Assembly (NCBI RefSeq): GCF_001194135.2
Contig: NC_068993.1
Location: 35,750,086 to 35,814,085 of the forward strand
Origin: Octopus bimaculoides
Taxonomy: Eukaryota
DNA length: 64,000 bases
Direction of reading: 5' to 3'
Shown: in pieces, positions 41,773 through 53,787 of the stretch
How positions within the stretch are numbered: the first letter of the stretch is position 1
How the letters are laid out: every line of letters begins with the position of its first letter
Notes under the pieces: model-generated
The model's input: the letters and a program-made list of their open reading frames with translations, nothing else
The model's database searches: none
Told to the model about the DNA's origin: nothing
Program-made: the position numbers and the translations under genes

Positions 41773-42289
41773 ACTGGAATAATGCAAAAATTACTTCTAG
41801 AGTATGAGTCTAATTCCATCATGCCTGTAGACTATTTTGTCTTAGCTAAGTCTGGGTAGCCAAAGACAATGCAATCGTTTCTTCCCCAACTCTATGGAGG
41901 CTGGGTTACTTAATATATTCTGCTTCAAGATTATTGAATAACATGGGCCTACACACTGCGATTGTGAATGCATACTACGATGAAAGTCTTACGACGTAGA
42001 AACTGTTGGATCGGAGTAAAAGTCACGAAGTAAATAAGTGTATTTAACGCAATAATCGAAGTCACTAGATTATCCCGCAGATCGTAGTATGCATTCACAA
42101 TCGCAGTGTGTAGACCCATGTTATTCAATAATCTTGAAGCAGAATATATTAAGTAACCCAGCCTCCATAGAGTTGGGGAAGAAACGATTGCACTGTCTTT
42201 GGCTACCCAGACTTAGCTAAGACAAAATAGTCTACAGGCATGATAGAATTAGACTCATACTCTAGAAGTAAGTTTTGCATTATTCCAGT
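41773..42289. repeat. Near-perfect inverted duplication: 209-bp arms (41773-41981 and 42081-42289) with a 99-bp spacer
   Basis: Manual alignment of the left arm to the reverse complement of the right arm showed 4 substitutions and no indels. Confidence 0.92.
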
Positions 42290-42500
42290 AACTGAAAGGA
42301 GGTGGTGTATACATACATTAGAAAATGTCTCAGTGAATGACAAAGCGTTCATTCTCTGGGATGTGACTCTGCACACAGACATGGTAGTCAAGACTAGTCA
42401 GCTTTATATTTTTGTCATGGCTACCAGGAAAGGAGGTGGAAATACCTACTCATTGAAATATCAATTTCAACATACTAGAATATTCAACTATAAGTAACTG
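42081..42500 (+). mobile_element. Decayed R4/Dong-like (restriction-like-endonuclease) non-LTR retrotransposon fragment
   Basis: Frame-broken translation gives EETIA(H)...G.PDLAKTK*..RHDRI (zinc-knuckle region) followed by RRWCIHTLENVSVNDKAFILWDVTLHTD. This matches the recalled WY.H.P..V.EN...ILWD..I.TD pattern that precedes the RLE domain. Confidence 0.6.
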
Positions 42501-42769
42501 TTAATAGGGATAAGAAAGACGTCGGAAACAAAGACAATTTCTAAAATAAAAGGTTGTTGAGATTGATGAAATAACCTGATGACAAATATACCTAACCAAA
42601 CTATAAGACATAAAATGTGCACAACGTATAAAAGATAGCAATACTAAGCACTGCATGCATATTCTGTAAAATAGTCGTAATACAACAGACAGCAAAACAA
42701 AATTAAAAACAGAACGACACTTGATGTTGCAGTCAAAGTATACGTAACAATAACAGACATAAGGTCTGA

Positions 42770-44040
42770 AATTTGGTAAAGGGGACAAGTCAATTACATT
42801 GACACCAGTGCGTAACAGGTACTTATTTTATCGCCCCAGAACGGAAGAAAGGCAAAGTCGACCTCAGCAGCATTTGAACTCAGAATCTAAAGACAGAAGT
42901 AATGCCACTAAGCATTTTATCGGGCATACTAACAAATCTATCAGCTCACAGCCATAAGAACAATAATGGTTTCAAATTTTGACACATGGCCAACAATTTT
43001 AGGAGGAAGATGTTTAGTTGATTTCATCAACCCCCGCACTTAGCTTGTTCTTATTTTATCGACTCCGAAATGATGAATGGCATAAATGACCTCGGCCGGA
43101 TTTAATAACCAAAGACCGTAATACGAGAAATCTCTGAAATCAACACAAGATACTACACATCCTGTCGACCAGTCACATACCCATGAAGGGAAGGTGATAG
43201 AAGACTATGAAGTGTCAAGAAGCATATAAGAAAGCAATTATTCTTGCTCCCTTTATTTCAACCTCACAAGAAGACCTACCAAGTATTTTACCTTTATTGA
43301 TATGATCGAGCAAATTGAATAAAATATAACAAATTTATCATAAGAAACAAATTTATCACTATAAATCATTTGAAATTTCGAATGAATGACATCCTAAGGC
43401 AAAGCAGGAGTAAAAGCAACGGAATTGATGCGACAAACGTCGACCCGATCAAAGTCATACCTTTATACTACTATTGCTTATACTACTATTGCATACAGTG
43501 GAAGCTAGAGGGAGTGGTACTGTAGTACAAACATTATGGCAGTTATAGAATGTGATGTGTCACTGCTAAAACTGAGATGATTCGAAACTATGTCTGGAAA
43601 GCCATTGATTGTTGATCTTTAAAGATGGACATATATACGATTTTGTAAGTTATATACATGAATAAGAAAAGTAACACTAAGTTCTGCCATTATTGTAATG
43701 GCATTCTCTTCTAACATTTGTTCGTCAAGTATATTTACAGACATAATTTGCAGGTTGCAGCTGAAAAGGGTATTTCTCGGTGCATTTATCATACAGTAAA
43801 TAACAGATATAACGAAATAGTAATCATTTCTTCTCAAGGCACAGGACTAAAATTTTAAGGGAGTGACCTAAACGATTTCATTGACCCCAGTGCTCAACTG
43901 GTACTTGTTGCATCGAAAATCGAAATGCAATGTCGATCCTCGGTGAAATTTGACTCAGAAAGTGAGAACGGACGAAATGCCGCTCAGAAATTTATCCGGC
44001 ATGCTAACAATTCTGCGAGCTGGCAGAATTGTTAGCACGC
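42770..44040 (-). mobile_element. Cluster of minus-strand Deu/Nin-like SINE copies (~42770-42960, 42970-43100, 43830-44040); further copies at ~40770-40910 and ~45410-45615
   Basis: Reverse-complement motifs CCCCAGT...TTTATCGACC...GAAAGG.AAAGTCGACCTC.GC.G.ATTTGAACTCAGAA recur at each site. Confidence 0.75.
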
Positions 44041-44432
44041 CGAAGAAAATGAAGTTGGTGATAAGGATGATGACCACGATGATTATAATGGTGACGATGA
44101 TGGTTATGATGATGACGGCGATAAAGTTTAACACAAGGGCACGATATCTAGGAGACAGTTAATACCAGTAAAATTAGGAGTAAAACAGTATTTCCCATTC
44201 ATCAAAATGACTATGACATAACGTGTTTTTTTTCGTTTTGGAAATACTTGTTCCTAAAAATAACAATTCGTACGCATGTGCAATGTTTGACCTATGAGTA
44301 AGTGTGTGAATGTGTTCTTTCTATTATTGAAATATTTAAACATTTAAATCGTTAAAAATCATGAAGATGGATATTTCACAAAGTTTGAGACTTCGACGAG
44401 ATAAAAAGTAATAACGACAAGCACTATATAAG

Positions 44433-44472
<40 letters not shown>

Positions 44473-44560
44473 AATATACAAACAGATGAGTCTCTCTCCA
44501 TTTCTTGATACATCAGTAGGTAGAAACACGTTTAAACCCACACATACACGCACACATGCA

Positions 44561-44649
<89 letters not shown>

Positions 44650-44754
44650 GTGTATGTATATGCACGTGCGTATGTGTATGTGTTTGTATTTTTGCGTGTT
44701 TGCATATATTCATATATACTTGTCCACACATACTCACAAACACACGCACTCGCA

Positions 44755-44809
<55 letters not shown>

Positions 44810-45959
44810 TTGTCCCCACCGCAGCCTGACAATCGGTGCTCAGCTAAAGAGGCCGATAGAATTAGTGCTAGACCTAGAAAAGCAATATGCCTGCAGACTA
44901 TTTCTTCGACTAAACCCTCTAAGCATGTGCCCCAACACAGCCGCCGTCTTACAACTGAAAGAGAATATATATATATATATATATATGTGTTTTTGTCTAT
45001 GTGTGTCTATGTATGCATGCGTTTGTGTGTGTGTGTGAGTGTGCATGTGTTTATGTATGTACACATATCTACATATATAAGGATAGGTATACACATACAT
45101 ACGTAACTACACACACACACACACACACACACAAATTGGAAGTCAACGTATCGAACTTAGTTAAATCAAACACGTCATATCAAATGATGACTCCCGATAC
45201 ATGATAACAAAAATTGTAAAGAGAACGTGAAGTGACGAGAACTGCACATTAAACGAGATAATCTCGCTGTATTTTTTTTTAAGCCAAGAAATAGTGCATA
45301 CAGACATACTTACGTATAAATATAAACATATAGAACTTGAATGTATAAATGTTATAAAATGTACATGAACAGACGCATTGTATATCAACAGAGGTATTTA
45401 GATACTGGTTTCAATCTTTGGCACAAAGCCAGCAATTTCGATGAAGGGGTATATTGATTGCATCGATCCTAGCGCTCAATTGCGACTTATTTTATCGACC
45501 TCGAAATGATGAAAGCAAAGTCGACCTTGGCGGAAGCTGAACTCAGAACATAAAGACGGACGAAATGCTGCTCTGCATTTTGCTCGGCGTGCTAACGATT
45601 CAACCAGCTCGCTGCAGACCTATTTACATATTAGTACAGGAATATATATGTACATAAGGGGGCTGTGTGCTCCTTGCAGAGTTTGACCTCTTCTTGTATC
45701 TATAGGTGCTATTTCCAAGCCTTAGATCTTTTGAAATGACTTTTCAACAGTGAAAGGCGTTTGCCGAACTGATCACATATACTGCAACAATGTCGCATTT
45801 CAGCATTGGCTCGTCTATCATGTGTGTGTGTGTGTGTGTGTATGTATTATGTTTGTATACATGTATATATAAATACATATATTTATATATATATATGCAT
45901 ATCAGAATAGATACAGGTAAGTGTAGATACATATAGATATATGTAGCTATGTGTATCTT

Positions 45960-46372
45960 TTATTTTTGACTTGTTTTAGTCATTAAACTATGGCTATGCT
46001 GGGCACCACCTTGAATCAGTTTTAACCGAATGAATAAACATCAGTACTTCATTTAAGCTTGCACTAATTTTATTGGGTGTTTTGTCGAACCGCTAAGTCA
46101 CGGGGGTGTAAACACACCAACACTGGTTGTCAAGTGGTGCTGGGGGACGAACACAAAGAAATGCTCTCGCGCAAACACACATGCATATACACAGATACAC
46201 ACAGAGTTTCTTTTAGTTTTTGTCTGCAAAATCCACTCACAAGGCTTAGATCCGCCCGAGACTTTAGTAGAAGACACTTACCTAAGGTGCTATGCAGTGG
46301 GACTGAACCCGGAACCATGTGGTTGAGAAGTAAACCTCTTACCACACAACCACACCTACACCTATGCATATG
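45960..46372 (-). mobile_element. CORE-type SINE, same family as 21270-21699
   Basis: Colinear with the copy at 21270-21699. Confidence 0.85.
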
Positions 46373-46954
46373 TACACACTATACACGTATTTGTCATATG
46401 TAACGCTTGCTTTCACTCATTGCTGCCATCTTGTATCGATGGCAGAGAACAACCAAGACATGTGACCTCCTTTTCAGAAGTGATTACAGCACATAAAATA
46501 TAGGATGCCTGAAAAACGAAGACTAATTTTGAGCTGAAACAAAACCAGTTACAAAAGTCTTTGAGCGGTCAGCAAGCAATACAGCAGAGAATTCCATCTG
46601 AAGCAGATAGGGAAAATATCAAGGGTTCCAACGATGGGCAAATACAGGATTTAAAACAGCAACACTGAGTTTCATTAACGAACAAAATGTCAGACTGCAC
46701 AATATTACTGCCAGAGGATAATGACACCATATGAATATGGTAAGATTATTTCATAATGTTCTGAATGTTGAGATATTATCTGATGAACTTATATACTTAT
46801 CAGTTCCCAAACAATTAGAACATTAAAGCAACTATACATATATAAGATTCAGTAAAAGTAAAAAAAAGATATATACATGTTTGTCGATGTGCATATATGT
46901 GAATGAATAAACGGATATACATATAAATATATATTTATATACAGGTATACGTGA

Positions 46955-47005
<51 letters not shown>

Positions 47006-47778
47006 NNNNNNNNNNNNNNNNNNNNNNNNNNNNNNNNNNNNNNNNNNNNNNNNNNNNNNNNNNNNNNNNNNNNNNNNNNNNNNNNNNNNNNNNNNNNNNN
47101 NNNNNNNNNNNNNNNNNNNNNNNNNNNNNNNNNNNNNNNNNNNNNNNNNNNNNNNNNNNNNNNNNNNNNNNNNNNNNNNNNNNNNNNNNNNNNNNNNNNN
47201 NNNNNNNNNNNNNNNNNNNNNNNNNNNNNNNNNNNNNNNNNNNNNNNNNNNNNNNNNNNNNNNNNNNNNNNNNNNNNNNNNNNNNNNNNNNNNNNNNNNN
47301 NNNNNNNNNNNNNNNNNNNNNNNNNNNNNNNNNNNNNNNNNNNNNNNNNNNNNNNNNNNNNNNNNNNNNNNNNNNNNNNNNNNNNNNNNNNNNNNNNNNN
47401 NNNNNNNNNNNNNNNNNNNNNNNNNNNNNNNNNNNNNNNNNNNNNNNNNNNNNNNNNNNNNNNNNNNNNNNNNNNNNNNNNNNNNNNNNNNNNNNNNNNN
47501 NNNNNNNNNNNNNNNNNNNNNNNNNNNNNNNNNNNNNNNNNNNNNNNNNNNNNNNNNNNNNNNNNNNNNNNNNNNNNNNNNNNNNNNNNNNNNNNNNNNN
47601 NNNNNNNNNNNNNNNNNNNNNNNNNNNNNNNNNNNNNNNNNNNNNNNNNNNNNNNNNNNNNNNNNNNNNNNNNNNNNNNNNNNNNNNNNNNNNNNNNNNN
47701 NNNNNNNNNNNNNNNNNNNNNNNNNNNNNNNNNNNNNNNNNNNNNNNNNNNNNNNNNNNNNNNNNNNNNNNNNNNNNN

Positions 47779-47823
<45 letters not shown>

Positions 47824-48039
47824 TTATATTTATATAATATTAACATACGTGTATACAGGTATATATGTGGTTTTAGATTTATAGGTATATATTTTCAATA
47901 TATGTGCATTGTATATACACATTTTTACATACCTAAGAATGCATAGATATACACATACACTTCTATATAGATACATACACACATACATACATACATGCAT
48001 GTATATATGTGTGTGTGTCTGTGTGTGTATGTGTGTGTA

Positions 48040-48480
48040 TATACGGGTACAGGGCGTCACCAATAGTAAACAACATGAAGTACGAAAACAAACGTGCTAA
48101 ATACGCAAACAACGAGAGGAAAAAGTAGAAAACAGTACAAGTAACAAAAAGAACGACCCTTCATCAATTCTCGACTATCTATCTATTCCTCATTTCGAGC
48201 ATTGTACAACAATATGAGTCTTCGAAGACAGTTGCTCCCATAGATACCAAAATACAATTTTGGATTTATGTAGGGTCAAAGTTGGGAACAAAAACAGGAC
48301 AGTAGAAACATACAAGGAAACTGAACGAAAACAAACATGGAGGGTCGTTAGACCAGAACGAGGGGGAAATAGCGAACGCTGGGAGAAATATTTTCTTTGA
48401 AAAGCGAACAGATAGAAGAGAGAGATGGAAGACATCCAGTCCTTCGAGCAACATCACGCATCCATTTCCAAGATGCATAC
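48040..48480. repeat. Unclassified interspersed repeat embedded between microsatellites
   Basis: A complex purine-rich block bounded by (GT)n and (TACA)n. The minus strand has TGATGAAGGG, but no complete hammerhead. Confidence 0.4.
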
Positions 48481-48981
48481 ATAGAGACATACATTCGCAC
48501 ACATGCATACATACATACATACATACATACAGACATACATACATACATATTCATACACGTATGCATATTTCTTATATTAATATCTTTTATGATTTTTACC
48601 GTTCCCTGAACTTTTCGCGTCTGTTCATGTTTGGGCTATTCATCGTGAGCTGCCCAGCAAGAGTGTAACTCAGAGATGGCTGTTAACATCGCGTAGCCTG
48701 GAGGCTAGAGTGTTCACTCAAGATTGCAAGATGGAGGTTTAGATTCCCAGTGCGTCAGTGCGCTGTTTTTCAGCACAAACTCTTCACATTGGTCCAGTCC
48801 ACTCAGTTGTATTTATAAACTTTCAACTGTTTGCCCACTCCGCTGTTCAAGTGAAACGTAGGCCTGCATGCCTAGCCAATGGAGAGGTATCATTCGAAAG
48901 TTGAAGCAGTACGAAGAAGCGCATTTTGAGAAGCACTGTATAATTACATCCAATTGTCTTGTCAATTCAGTGACAGTGATG

Positions 48982-49097
<116 letters not shown>

Positions 49098-49347
49098 AAC
49101 ATTATTATTTCTAAATCTCTCAACTAGAGACATACAATAAAGATTATTTGCCAATATAATATGGCAGTCCCGATTGGGATGGATTCTACTGTTGTTTAGT
49201 CCCAGAAAACATCGTCTCCAGCTGTTTCCTGGTGCTAAACAACAGTAGCATCCATCCGAACCGGGATTGCCATATTATATTGACATATACGTATACCCCC
49301 CCACACACACATATACACACTCACATACACACATATATACACACACA

Positions 49348-49392
<45 letters not shown>

Positions 49393-49562
49393 ACATATAT
49401 ATATATATATATCTATATATATTATAAGATTTTATAGTTTGCTTGAAGCATTGTATATGGAATATAATGTTGAAAGAGTTAAAAGGCTAAACAATGCAAA
49501 TAGATTTTAAGATGAGGTAACGTAAACTAAAGTAAGTTACCTAGTAATCTTTGGTCTTATAT

Positions 49563-49605
49563 GTATCCAATATTTCGGAACATACATGTCCCTTCTTCAG
49601 GGTTA
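49563..49605 (-). ncRNA. Second, inverted copy of the minimal hammerhead motif
   Basis: The minus strand reads UAACC-CUGAAGA-A-GGGAC-AUGUAU-GUUCC-GAAA-UAUU-GGAUA. Stem II is retained through a G-U wobble and the loop differs by one base. This copy is sense to the host receptor pre-mRNA. Confidence 0.55.
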
Positions 49606-49701
49606 AAAAGGCCTTGTCCTTGATACGCTAGAAAATTCAAATATAATCATAGAATTATTTTATCTCCAACAAAAAACATCTTACCAAGGACAGTGCCTTT
49701 T

Positions 49702-49744
49702 TAACCCTGAAGAAGGGACTTGTATGTCCCGAAATATTGGATAC
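49702..49744 (+). ncRNA. Minimal type-I hammerhead ribozyme motif (Penelope-associated type)
   Basis: UAACC-CUGAAGA(49707-13)-A-GGGAC-UUGUAU-GUCCC-GAAA(49731-34)-UA-UU-GGAUA. The core is conserved, stem II is a perfect 5 bp, the stem III region is the palindrome AAUAUU, and stem I pairs UAACC with GGAUA with one mismatch. Predicted cleavage is after AUU at 49738. Confidence 0.6.
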
Positions 49745-50650
49745 ATATAGGACCAAATATTACCAGGTAACTTATTTTTAGTTTACGTTACCTCATCTCA
49801 AAATCTATTTGCATTGTCTGCCCTTTTATATACATATATNNNNNNNNNNNNNNNNNNNNNNNNNNNNNNNNNNNNNNNNNNNNNNNNNNNNNNNNNNNNN
49901 NNNNNNNNNNNNNNNNNNNNNNNNNNNNNNNNNNNNNNNNNNNNNNNNNNNNNNNNNNNNNNNNNNNNNNNNNNNNNNNNNNNNNNNNNNNNNNNNNNNN
50001 NNNNNNNNNNNNNNNNNNNNNNNNNNNNNNNNNNNNNNNNNNNNNNNNNNNNNNNNNNNNNNNNNNNNNNNNNNNNNNNNNNNNNNNNNNNNNNNNNNNN
50101 NNNNNNNNNNNNNNNNATATATATACGTAAATGTCGAAACATGAATATAAGTGCTCAACACCGCATTGGTAAATATAATTTCTCTATTTGAAAATTAAGG
50201 CTATATATATGTGTGTGTGTGTGTGAATGTGTGTGCGTGTGTGTGTGTGTGTGCTTGTGCATGTGTGTGTGTTTGCAGCTATGTATATGTGTGTGTCTGT
50301 GCTTGTGTGTGTGTGAGTGTGTGTGTATACATATACGAACATAAACAATCATGCATGCATGCATATATATATACATATACATGAATGTATCTATATCCAC
50401 ATATGCAAACATATTTATGAATGTACACATATATATTAACACGTATATTGACACATATATTGACACATATATTGACACACATCCCAGTGTTGCTTGTTTA
50501 TAGAGATATGGTTGTGATACCTAGAAAGGGAGTTACTCCATAGTAAATGAGTCCTAGATTTTTTCGTTCCCAGATGCCTCCAGCGAACAGCAACTTATTA
50601 GGTCCCGTGACTCGTGAAGGACTGGTTGACAAGAAAATAGAGGTCATGTT

Positions 50651-50719
<69 letters not shown>

Positions 50720-51078
50720 CAGAAAGAGAGGGAGGGTGGATGGAGAGAGTGAGAGATACACACACACACACACATATATATACACACATGCACATCTACA
50801 TACATAGACATATACGTACCTACGTGCCTACGTATATACGTACGTAAGTACGTACATACATACATGCAAACATACATACATACATACATACATACATACA
50901 AACAAACATACATACATACATACATACATACATACATACATACATACATACATACATAGACAGCGAAAGATCGGATTCAGGGTAAATGTGTCGGTTAGTG
51001 AATTTGACTGTTTATAAATCTGATGGTGGTGTTGATGGTGTTACTGTGGGTAATAGGCAAAATGACGACGACGACGAC

Positions 51079-51111
<33 letters not shown>

Positions 51112-51927
51112 AACGATGCTGGTGGTGATGTTGGTGTCGGTGATTGTACGTTACTGGTATTAGTGGTGTGGGTGTTCTTAACAACGGTGATGACATTGGT
51201 AATGAGGGAGGAGGTGATGGACAAGATGGTAGCGACGGGTTTGGAAGGTATAGTAATGGGGATAAAAAAAGGAGTTGGAACCTGTGGCAATTAGTAGGAA
51301 GGTCTCTAGGCCCCGAAGGACGCGACCAACAAGCAAATTCATACATTCATTCAAAAATGCACGTTCTCACGCTGAACGTGCATATGCACGCGCGTGTGTG
51401 TGTGTATGCGCGTTCGCAAATGTGTATGCATTTATGTTTGCATTGTTTGCCATTATTTGTATCTATATCTGCTTCGAGATTCACCGTTCTAAAAACAGGA
51501 CTATTTCACATATATCTATGTTTCTATAGATGCATGGTTACCCTCACACACATGCATATATACATGTATATATACACACACGCATGAGCATATCTGTGTC
51601 ATGGGACAGAGGTAGACGCGCATATGGCTGTGCTTCCTACGAATAATTACATGTTACATGTAAATAACTGCCAATTTGTACACAAATAGATGCATGCTTG
51701 CATATATTTATCTATTGATTTAAACTTCCATAAGTTTCAGTTACTTGAAATATCGACATGTTGTCATAGAAACCATTGTGTACGTTCTTTTTTTTTTCTT
51801 TTTTTTCTTTTTCATTGTGACTATTTAATTACACTTTCAACGCATTGTTTATGAAGCATAATGTTTAGATAAGCCTAATTTGGCCTGTATAAATATGCGA
51901 ATAGACGTCAAGGGTATTGTGTGATAC

Positions 51928-51964
<37 letters not shown>

Positions 51965-52094
51965 GTGTATGTATATATATATATATATATATGACTGCAT
52001 GGATGAATAAATGTAGTAGCGTCATGTGTTTCTATGTATCTGTATATAACGATAGAACAAATAGATTCTCGAGAAACAGACAGGTAAGTGGGAT

Positions 52095-52095
52095 G

Positions 52096-52147
<52 letters not shown>

Positions 52148-52338
52148 CACAGGCAGATAGATAGGAGATACACAGACAGATAGACAGACAATCAGACAGT
52201 CAGACGGACATAAAGATAGGTAGACAGACACACAGATAGATAAGTAGATAGACAGAAAGAGAGAGAGGGGAGCGTGTTGTATAGAGAGAGATACGTGGAT
52301 AGATAGACATGAGACAGAATAGATAGGTAGGCGAATAC

Positions 52339-52375
<37 letters not shown>

Positions 52376-52384
52376 TAGATAGAC

Positions 52385-52441
<57 letters not shown>
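52095..52441. repeat. Compound (GATA)n/(GACA)n tract; similar tetranucleotide tracts at 2330-2395, 26405-26490, 34630-34740, 36915-36980, 50860-50960 and 58563-58615
   Basis: Seen directly in the sequence. Confidence 0.95.
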
Positions 52442-52443
<2 letters not shown>

Positions 52444-52740
52444 GCATGGCATAAATGTATTTGTTGACCTAATCTCAAGATGTTATACAAGACAACATCG
52501 ACATCAATAAGAAATATGAATGTATGTTACTTTTGATATAATTAGAAATATAGGTAGATACGTTAGAAAAATCAATAGTTAATACAAAAGCAGTGTAGTT
52601 TGTTGTTGTTTGTTTTCTATATTTATTGTTGTGTTTGCTGCTAGTGTTGCAGGTGTTATAATTAGTTATCGTTGCTGTAGTTATTATTGTTGTTCTTCTT
52701 TTTGTTATTGTTGATGAGTTCAATGTTACAAATGACTTAC

Positions 52741-53133
52741 CTTTAGTGTATCTTCTCCGAGCATGTAGCCAAGCACTGGTATTGACAAGGCCTCCGCCAC
52801 AATATTAACGGCGTGAATTGTCGGGCTTTTACCCACTACAATAAATGATTCCACATTCCCGTGTTTAATGGCACGACATATCTCGTTGATTACATCGTAG
52901 AAGTTGGTCGATGCTTTAACTTTGTAGCCTTGAAACCGGGTTTGTGTACTGTTGTTTCGCAATTCTGTAATAGCTTTAGTGAAGATACGTGAGAGCAGGG
53001 AGTACTGAGCCTTGTCAAATAGGGCTGCGATCGTGCGGTTGTGTTGTGTGTTGACCCCAGGAAGAATTATAATCCACACCAGAGGCATGACTAAGGAGAC
53101 GAAAACAGCGATTTGGGACAGCAGGGGCCGCAT
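52741..53133 (-). CDS. First coding exon (131 aa) of a secreted-ectodomain receptor, most likely an ionotropic glutamate receptor subunit (NMDA-like amino-terminal domain)
   Basis: ATG at 53133-53131 with A at -3. The N-terminus MRPLLSQIAVFVSLVMPLVWIIILPGVNT looks like a signal peptide. The pattern IAALFD...F..AI..L...FYDVINEIC..I..G.V..FIVVG.....V..VA..LSIPVLGY matches the alternating strand/helix layout of type-1 periplasmic-binding-fold ATDs of iGluRs (recalled family pattern, not a database hit). N-glycosylation sequons NRT and NNST are present. The frame ends at a perfect donor, CTAAAG|GTAAGT (GT at 52740-52739, phase 0). The segment is non-repetitive and GC-richer than its flanks. Exon status is high confidence; the subfamily is uncertain, and a receptor guanylyl cyclase or class C GPCR is not excluded. 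Confidence 0.75.
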
Positions 53134-53787
53134 TATGAACGAAGCCGTACAACGCTCAACTGATCAAAACCCTTATGTTCCCCATACATATTAAGCTTTT
53201 AGTTTGTTTGTATGTCCATTTCCACCTTAGTTCATATTTTAGTTATTTAGGCTCAAAATTGTCTTAATAAATTCATCTAATTTGTTAGCATTCGTCAAGT
53301 TTTGTATTTATTTAACATGGTTACCGTTCGTTCCAGCCTTATGTCTACTAACTTCAAGAATAATAAATTTTTTCTTGCATATGGTTTCATCGATTTGCTT
53401 ATAGAAATTGTGTCTGAGAATTTACCTAAAGATATACAAATATCTATTTCTTTCTCCCTTTCTTTTCTTGTTCTGAATGTTTTTAATTTTGCTTCTTTTT
53501 TTTTATTTTCACATATCTTTCTTTAACATAAAATTAGATTTCAGTAGTTCTGTTTTAATGATTATTTTTATTTCTATTTTACCATACACCATTATCTGAG
53601 GATTTATGAGATCAAACAGTCATTAGGGGATATCTTTAGTATTGTTGAACTATGAAGGAAATATTACAGATTTTCAGTTTTCAGTTTAACAATAGAAATA
53701 TTCCCTGTCCATTCTGACTTTCTAAAGCTTTCATTCTTTCAAAACTGAACCAAGTTTCTAGACGTGTGCTTTTGTTGTTGTTTGTCT
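53134..53787 (-). other. Probable 5' UTR part of the same exon, with splice acceptor at 53787-53786
   Basis: The minus strand reads ATTTTTACCAAAATTTTCTTTGCAG|ACAAAC, a good pyrimidine tract plus CAG. A weaker alternative acceptor TTTTGATCAG lies at 53161-53160. There is no in-frame extension upstream of the ATG. Confidence 0.45.

Larger units (their letters stand above)
49481..49827. repeat. Palindromic element with ~133-bp core arms (49491-49622 and 49685-49817) and a 62-bp spacer; probable Penelope-like terminal-repeat remnant
   Basis: The arms are reverse complements with scattered substitutions (ACAATGCAAATAGATTTTAAGATGAGG... versus ...CCTCATCTCAAAATCTATTTGCATTGT). Each arm carries the hammerhead core. 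Confidence 0.8.

Noticed and set aside
41974-42012. CTACGATGA-AAGTC-TTAC-GAC-GTA-GAAAC, a hammerhead-like string at the arm/spacer boundary
   Set aside because: The core is broken (no CUGA and extra bases before GAAA), and the context is an R4/Dong-like LINE rather than a Penelope element.
43619-43837. Minus-strand ORF behind a TTTTCAG acceptor
   Set aside because: The phase-0 frame hits a stop within 12 codons, and the open frame has no good donor or receptor similarity.
51012-51290. Thr/Ser/Pro-rich mucin-like ORF
   Set aside because: It is a degenerate GGT/GAT trinucleotide region with an embedded (GAT)n tract.
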